A DNA stretch of 29,758 nucleotides, taken from the NCBI GenBank assembly GCA_964391465.1, contig CAYMME010000030.1, positions 1-29,758 of the forward strand, written 5' to 3'. The translations under genes and the position numbers were made by a program. The notes below the pieces were generated by a model that was given only the letters and a program-made list of their open reading frames with translations, was not told the DNA's origin and did not search any database. Of the stretch, positions 26,359-29,758 are shown piece by piece. This stretch comes from an uncultured Planctomycetales bacterium (GTDB lineage: Bacteria > Planctomycetota > Phycisphaerae > UBA1845 > CAYMME01). Position 1 is the stretch's first letter; every line of letters starts with the position of its first letter.

Positions 26359-26494
26359 GATGAGAGATGAAGGATGAGGGGATAAGGATGGGCAATCACC
26401 GCCCACACGGACCGAACGCCCGCGCCTCGATCTCCGTCATCTCTCATCCGTCATCCCTCATCCTTCATCCCTCATCTCTCATCCCTTATCCTCC
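26359..26494. repeat. Heptamer-periodic inverted-repeat element E4: gatgagagatgaaggatgaggggataaggatggg, spacer, (ctcatcc/cttcatcc)n
   Basis: Visible arms. The C-rich arm runs right up to the ATG of the downstream zinc-ribbon gene. It is located between divergent genes, unlike the other copies. Confidence 0.75.
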
Positions 26495-26498
26495 CCAC

Positions 26499-27878
26499 AT
26501 GGCTCCCCAACCCGGATTCGGCATCACCGTCTGGCTCGCCCTCGTCCCGCTCGTTCTGGGTCTGGGCCTGCTGTGGTTCGGGCTGCGCCCGCGCCGACGC
26601 GGCACCACGCCCCATTGCCGGCAGTGCAACTACAACCTGACCGGCCTGGAGAGCGAACGGTGTCCGGAGTGCGGCACGCACCTCACGCCGGAAGCCATCG
26701 TGCACGGCGAGCTGCGCCGCCGCCCCGGCCGAATCGTGGCGGGGTGCCTGCTGCTCGCGTTGTCGGCCGCCGTGGTCGGGCTCACGCTCACGCGGGTGAA
26801 CTGGTACAGGCTTGTGCCCACGTTCTGGGTCATGCGTGACCTGCAATCGCCCGACCCGCCGACCGAGCGCAAGGCCTGGCGGGAATTGCAGCGGCGGGCG
26901 AAGGCCGACCAACTGTCCGCCGCACAGCATTCAAGCTTGATCGACATCTGCCTGGCCCACCAGGCCGGCCAAGCACCGATGCTGCCGAACGAGATGAACT
27001 ACGTCGGGCAAGCGTACCGGGACGGAAGACTGTCGCAGGCACAGGCGGCGACGTTCTTCCAACAGATCCCGAACCTCGAACTCCGCGTCCGGCCGCGTGG
27101 GATCGCCGGAGACCCGATCCCATTCGAGTTGCGGCATAGGTCACGAATGCCGTCGGCACCGTTCTGGTGTCGCGCGGAACGGGAAGCGTTGACCGTCGAC
27201 GGCGAGGACACGGAGCGACGGCTCACAGGATGGAGTCAGTTCAGCGGCGGCGGAGGCGGCTCTTCCGGCAGCACCGTGCGAGTCGAATCCCCCGGACGCC
27301 ACAAACTGGGCGTAAGTGTCACGGTCCGGACATACCACGGTCCGTTCGGGAAACCCGAAGCCAGCGTGCTCTGCCACGAGCAAACCTACACGCTCGAAGC
27401 CGCATTCACTGTGCTCGACGAAGAACCGCCCGACTACATCAGGACGACCGACGACCCCGACCTGATCGACAAGCTGAAGGAGTGCATCGTGCCCGACGGC
27501 TTCAGCCTCAAGCGAGAGCGGCCCCGTCCACTGGAGGGCACGATCAAGATCGAGGCGCCGCCCGTGAACATCGCGTTCGACGTTCTCGTTCGGATCAACG
27601 ACAAGGAACACGACCTCGGCGCCGTTCAGATCAACGGCTCGGAACGCAAGCTCGGCACCGTCCGGAAGGCTAGGGGCGAGTCGACGCACTGGAATGTGGG
27701 CTGCGACTACGACGGGCCCGCACTCGACTCGTGCGACGTGATTCTACGAAGCAGCAAGGAGGTGGCCCGCCGGTCGATCGATCTCTTCGAGATCTGGGAG
27801 GGCGAGCTCGTGTACGAGGACGTGCCGGTGGAAGTCAGGGAACAGGGAACGGGGAAGGGGGAACGGAGCGGGGATTAA
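26499..27878 (+). CDS. Membrane-anchored zinc-ribbon protein, paralog 1 (TM1 - CxxC-x17-CPxCG ribbon - TM2 - ~350-aa extracytoplasmic domain with a Gly-rich linker); function unknown
   Basis: Internal ATG (MAPQPGFGITVWLALVPLVLGLGLLWFG) of track ORF 26367..27878. Zinc ribbon: HCRQCNYNLTGLESERCPECGTHL. Second TM: IVAGCLLLALSAAVVGLTL. Linker: SGGGGGSSGST. The last ~11 codons (REQGTGKGERSGD) are encoded by repeat element E5. Confidence 0.75.
   Translation: MAPQPGFGITVWLALVPLVLGLGLLWFGLRPRRRGTTPHCRQCNYNLTGLESERCPECGTHLTPEAIVHGELRRRPGRIVAGCLLLALSAAVVGLTLTRVNWYRLVPTFWVMRDLQSPDPPTERKAWRELQRRAKADQLSAAQHSSLIDICLAHQAGQAPMLPNEMNYVGQAYRDGRLSQAQAATFFQQIPNLELRVRPRGIAGDPIPFELRHRSRMPSAPFWCRAEREALTVDGEDTERRLTGWSQFSGGGGGSSGSTVRVESPGRHKLGVSVTVRTYHGPFGKPEASVLCHEQTYTLEAAFTVLDEEPPDYIRTTDDPDLIDKLKECIVPDGFSLKRERPRPLEGTIKIEAPPVNIAFDVLVRINDKEHDLGAVQINGSERKLGTVRKARGESTHWNVGCDYDGPALDSCDVILRSSKEVARRSIDLFEIWEGELVYEDVPVEVREQGTGKGERSGD
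26590..26905. repeat. Near-identical ~315-bp block shared with 28091..28406 (copy 1)
   Basis: By eye there is 1 mismatch across about 290 bp (cagtgc versus caatgc). The rest of the two genes is only about 70% identical. Confidence 0.8.
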
Positions 27879-27957
27879 GGGATCAAGGAAGGGGTCGCCT
27901 CTGAGCATCCCTCCGCCACCCGTTCCCCGATCCCCAATCCCGGTTCCCTCTCCCCCC
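27836..27957. repeat. Heptamer-periodic inverted-repeat element E5: gggaacagggaacggggaagggggaacggagcggggattaaggg ... ccgttccccgatccccaatcccggttccctctcccccc
   Basis: Visible G-tract arm and C-tract arm. It overlaps the stop codon of paralog 1 and precedes paralog 2. Confidence 0.75.
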
Positions 27958-27997
27958 TGCACTTCATTCCTCATCAGTGAACGCCTACATTACCCGC

Positions 27998-29308
27998 ATG
28001 TCATCGTCGCCGTTGCTGGGCATCCCGTGGTGGCTCGGCCTGATCCCGCTGGTGCTGGGTCTCGGGCTCGTCTGGTTCGGCATCCGTTCGCGCCGGCGCG
28101 GCACCACGCCCCATTGCCGGCAATGCAACTACAACCTGACCGGCCTGGAGAGCGAACGGTGTCCGGAGTGCGGCACGCACCTCACGCCGGAAGCCATCGT
28201 GCACGGCGAGCTGCGCCGCCGCCCCGGCCGAATCGTGGCGGGGTGCCTGCTGCTCGCGTTGTCGGCCGCCGTGGTCGGGCTCACGCTCACGCGGGTGAAC
28301 TGGTACAGGCTTGTGCCCACGTTCTGGGTCATGCGTGACCTGCAATCGCCCGACCCGCCGACCGAGCGCAAGGCCTGGCAGGAATTGCAGCGGCGGGTGA
28401 AAGCCGACCGGCTCTCCGATTCGCAACACTCGACCCTGATCGACATCTGCCTGGGCCACCAAGCCGGCCAAGGGCCCCTGCTGCGAAACGAGATGGACTA
28501 CGTGGGACAGGCGTACTTGGATGGACGCCTCTCGCCGGCACAGGAGACGACCTTCTTCCAACAGATCCCGAACTTCGAGCTCCGCGTCCGGCCCACTGGG
28601 ATCGCGGGAGACGCCATCCCGCTCGTGGTGCGGCACAAGATGCGGATGCCGTCGACGCCATTCTGGTGTCACGCGGAACGGCAGAAGCTGACCCTCGACG
28701 GCGAGGACACGGGACGCCGCTCGGGTGGATACGGCCGGTACAGCGGCGGGGGTGGAGGTTCTTCCGGCGGTACGGTGGTGGTCGAGTCTCCCGGACGCCA
28801 CAAGCTGGGCGTGAGTGTTGCGGTCCGGACGTTCAATGGTCCGTTCGGGGAGCCCGAAGCAAGCGTGCTCTGCCACGAGCAGACCTACACACTCGAAGGC
28901 GCCGTCAATGTGCTGGAACACGAGCCGCTCGACTACATCAAGACGATCAGAGATCCCGACCTGACCGACACGTTGAAAGAGTGCATCGTGCCCGAGGACT
29001 TCCACCTCGACCTCGAACGCCAGCGAGGACTGCAGGGGACGGTCAAGATCCAAGCACCGCCCGTCAATATCGCGTTCGAAGTCTTCGTCCGGATCGACGG
29101 CGAGGAGCTCAGGCTGGGCACCATCCACAAGGCCAAGGGCGAGTCGACGGACTGGCGCGTCGGCAGGGCCCACACCGGCCCACCATTCACGTCATGCGAC
29201 GTGATTCTGCGAAGCAGCAAAGACGTGGCCCGTCGGTCGGTCGATCTCTTCGAGATCTGGGAGGGCGAACTCGTGTACGACGATGTGCCGGTGGAGGTGA
29301 AGGAATAG
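27998..29308 (+). CDS. Membrane-anchored zinc-ribbon protein, paralog 2 (same architecture as 26499..27878)
   Basis: ATG at 27998 (MSSSPLLGIPWWLGLIPLVLGLGLVWFG); the alternative is GTG at 27977. It has the same CRQCNYNLTGLESERCPECG ribbon and second TM. It is collinear with and about 70% identical to paralog 1 outside the conserved block, and ends VPVEVKE-stop. Confidence 0.75.
   Translation: MSSSPLLGIPWWLGLIPLVLGLGLVWFGIRSRRRGTTPHCRQCNYNLTGLESERCPECGTHLTPEAIVHGELRRRPGRIVAGCLLLALSAAVVGLTLTRVNWYRLVPTFWVMRDLQSPDPPTERKAWQELQRRVKADRLSDSQHSTLIDICLGHQAGQGPLLRNEMDYVGQAYLDGRLSPAQETTFFQQIPNFELRVRPTGIAGDAIPLVVRHKMRMPSTPFWCHAERQKLTLDGEDTGRRSGGYGRYSGGGGGSSGGTVVVESPGRHKLGVSVAVRTFNGPFGEPEASVLCHEQTYTLEGAVNVLEHEPLDYIKTIRDPDLTDTLKECIVPEDFHLDLERQRGLQGTVKIQAPPVNIAFEVFVRIDGEELRLGTIHKAKGESTDWRVGRAHTGPPFTSCDVILRSSKDVARRSVDLFEIWEGELVYDDVPVEVKE
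28091..28406. repeat. Near-identical ~315-bp block shared with 26590..26905 (copy 2)
   Basis: See copy 1. Confidence 0.8.
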
Positions 29309-29758
29309 GGATCGGACGCGGCCCTGCGGCCGCGAGATAGGAGAGCGGGTGAGCAGGAGAAAGCCAGCATCCATCGGGCGCGGAAGCGTCGCTCCGGTTG
29401 TGACACTGCGTCTGCGTGATCGAGATCATGCGAGAAAACGCCCTGGAACGGCTCCCCCAACTTAAAGCAAGACTGTGGAAACACACCGGCATGAAGCTCG
29501 AACCGCCGCAGACACCCAACTAATCCGAGCCCCAAGCGCAAGCGCTTGCCCTCATCTCCTCGCTCTGCCGACGCGATCAAGCGCAGTGCGCGGGCGGTGT
29601 ACATATCGCAACGCCGGCATGCCGCTGCGTCTCCAGCCCTGAAAGGGCGCCAGTCAATAGCCAGGGGCGTCAGCCCCTGGAAGGAAGGCCCCCCACTCCT
29701 TTGAGCCCCAACGGGGCGCGTGAGCCGCAGCGGCTCGGGATTGAGTCTACCACGGAGC

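Noticed and set aside
26367-26498. N-terminal extension of paralog 1 ORF (MKDEGIRMGNHRPHG...SSLILHPSSLIPYPPH)
   Set aside because: This stretch is the translation of repeat element E4, whose C-rich arm happens to be open. The downstream ATG at 26499 gives an N-terminus collinear with paralog 2.
29340-29758. Possible RNA gene (tRNA/tmRNA/RNase P) in the lower-GC terminal 420 bp
   Set aside because: It contains small palindromes (ccagggg-cgtcag-cccctgg, gcaagcgcttgc). I could find no tRNA cloverleaf with a GTTCRANYC T-loop. I also could not recognise a tmRNA tag or RNase P P4 consensus by eye. It is left unannotated and would need Infernal/tRNAscan.
1-29758. CRISPR array, IS element, integrase or prophage boundary
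   Set aside because: The only regularly spaced repeats are the coding microsatellite, the 36-bp coding repeats and the heptamer hairpin elements. None has the spacer-repeat architecture of CRISPR. No transposase, integrase or target-site duplication was seen.

Overview
This is a 29.8 kb chromosomal fragment that looks visibly GC-rich (roughly two-thirds G+C by eye). Its gene content suggests a Planctomycetota-like organism: a Tat-signal xylose-isomerase-like TIM-barrel protein, a TPR + FG-GAP/VCBS + UnbV/ASPIC (CRTAC1-family) giant protein, and weak Shine-Dalgarno usage. About 22 CDSs can be supported.

In coordinate order the window contains:
- a 5'-truncated beta-propeller-like protein;
- two tandem LivK-family periplasmic binding-protein paralogs;
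- a lower-GC islet encoding one small hypothetical protein;
- the CRTAC1/ASPIC protein (minus strand);
- a putative carbohydrate module: secreted glycosidase-like hypothetical, AGE-family sugar epimerase/isomerase, MFS sugar porter;
- lysA (minus strand);
- a STAS-domain protein;
- a secreted DUF4430 (transcobalamin beta-domain-like) protein co-transcribed with a small polytopic membrane protein;
- a cNMP-binding + FHA fusion protein;
- mnmE (minus strand);
- a Tat-secreted sugar-phosphate isomerase-like protein;
- an nfeD-flotillin operon (minus strand) whose NfeD carries a (Asp-Val/Asp-Ala)n acidic repeat;
- a secreted Tyr/Val/Pro-rich tandem-repeat protein encoded by 36-bp DNA repeats;
- a class-I aminotransferase and an FKBP PPIase (minus strand);
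- two tandem paralogous membrane-anchored zinc-ribbon proteins that share a nearly identical ~315-bp 5' block, which looks like a gene-conversion tract.

Beyond genes, five intergenic elements belong to one family: imperfect long inverted repeats built from 7-bp-periodic G-tract units (gggaacg / gggacga / gaagtga / gatgagg). They can fold as long hairpins or as G-quadruplex/i-motif pairs. Two of them intrude into coding sequence.

No rRNA, tRNA, CRISPR array, transposase or integrase was recognised. Coordinates derived by hand from the ORF track may be off by a few bases.
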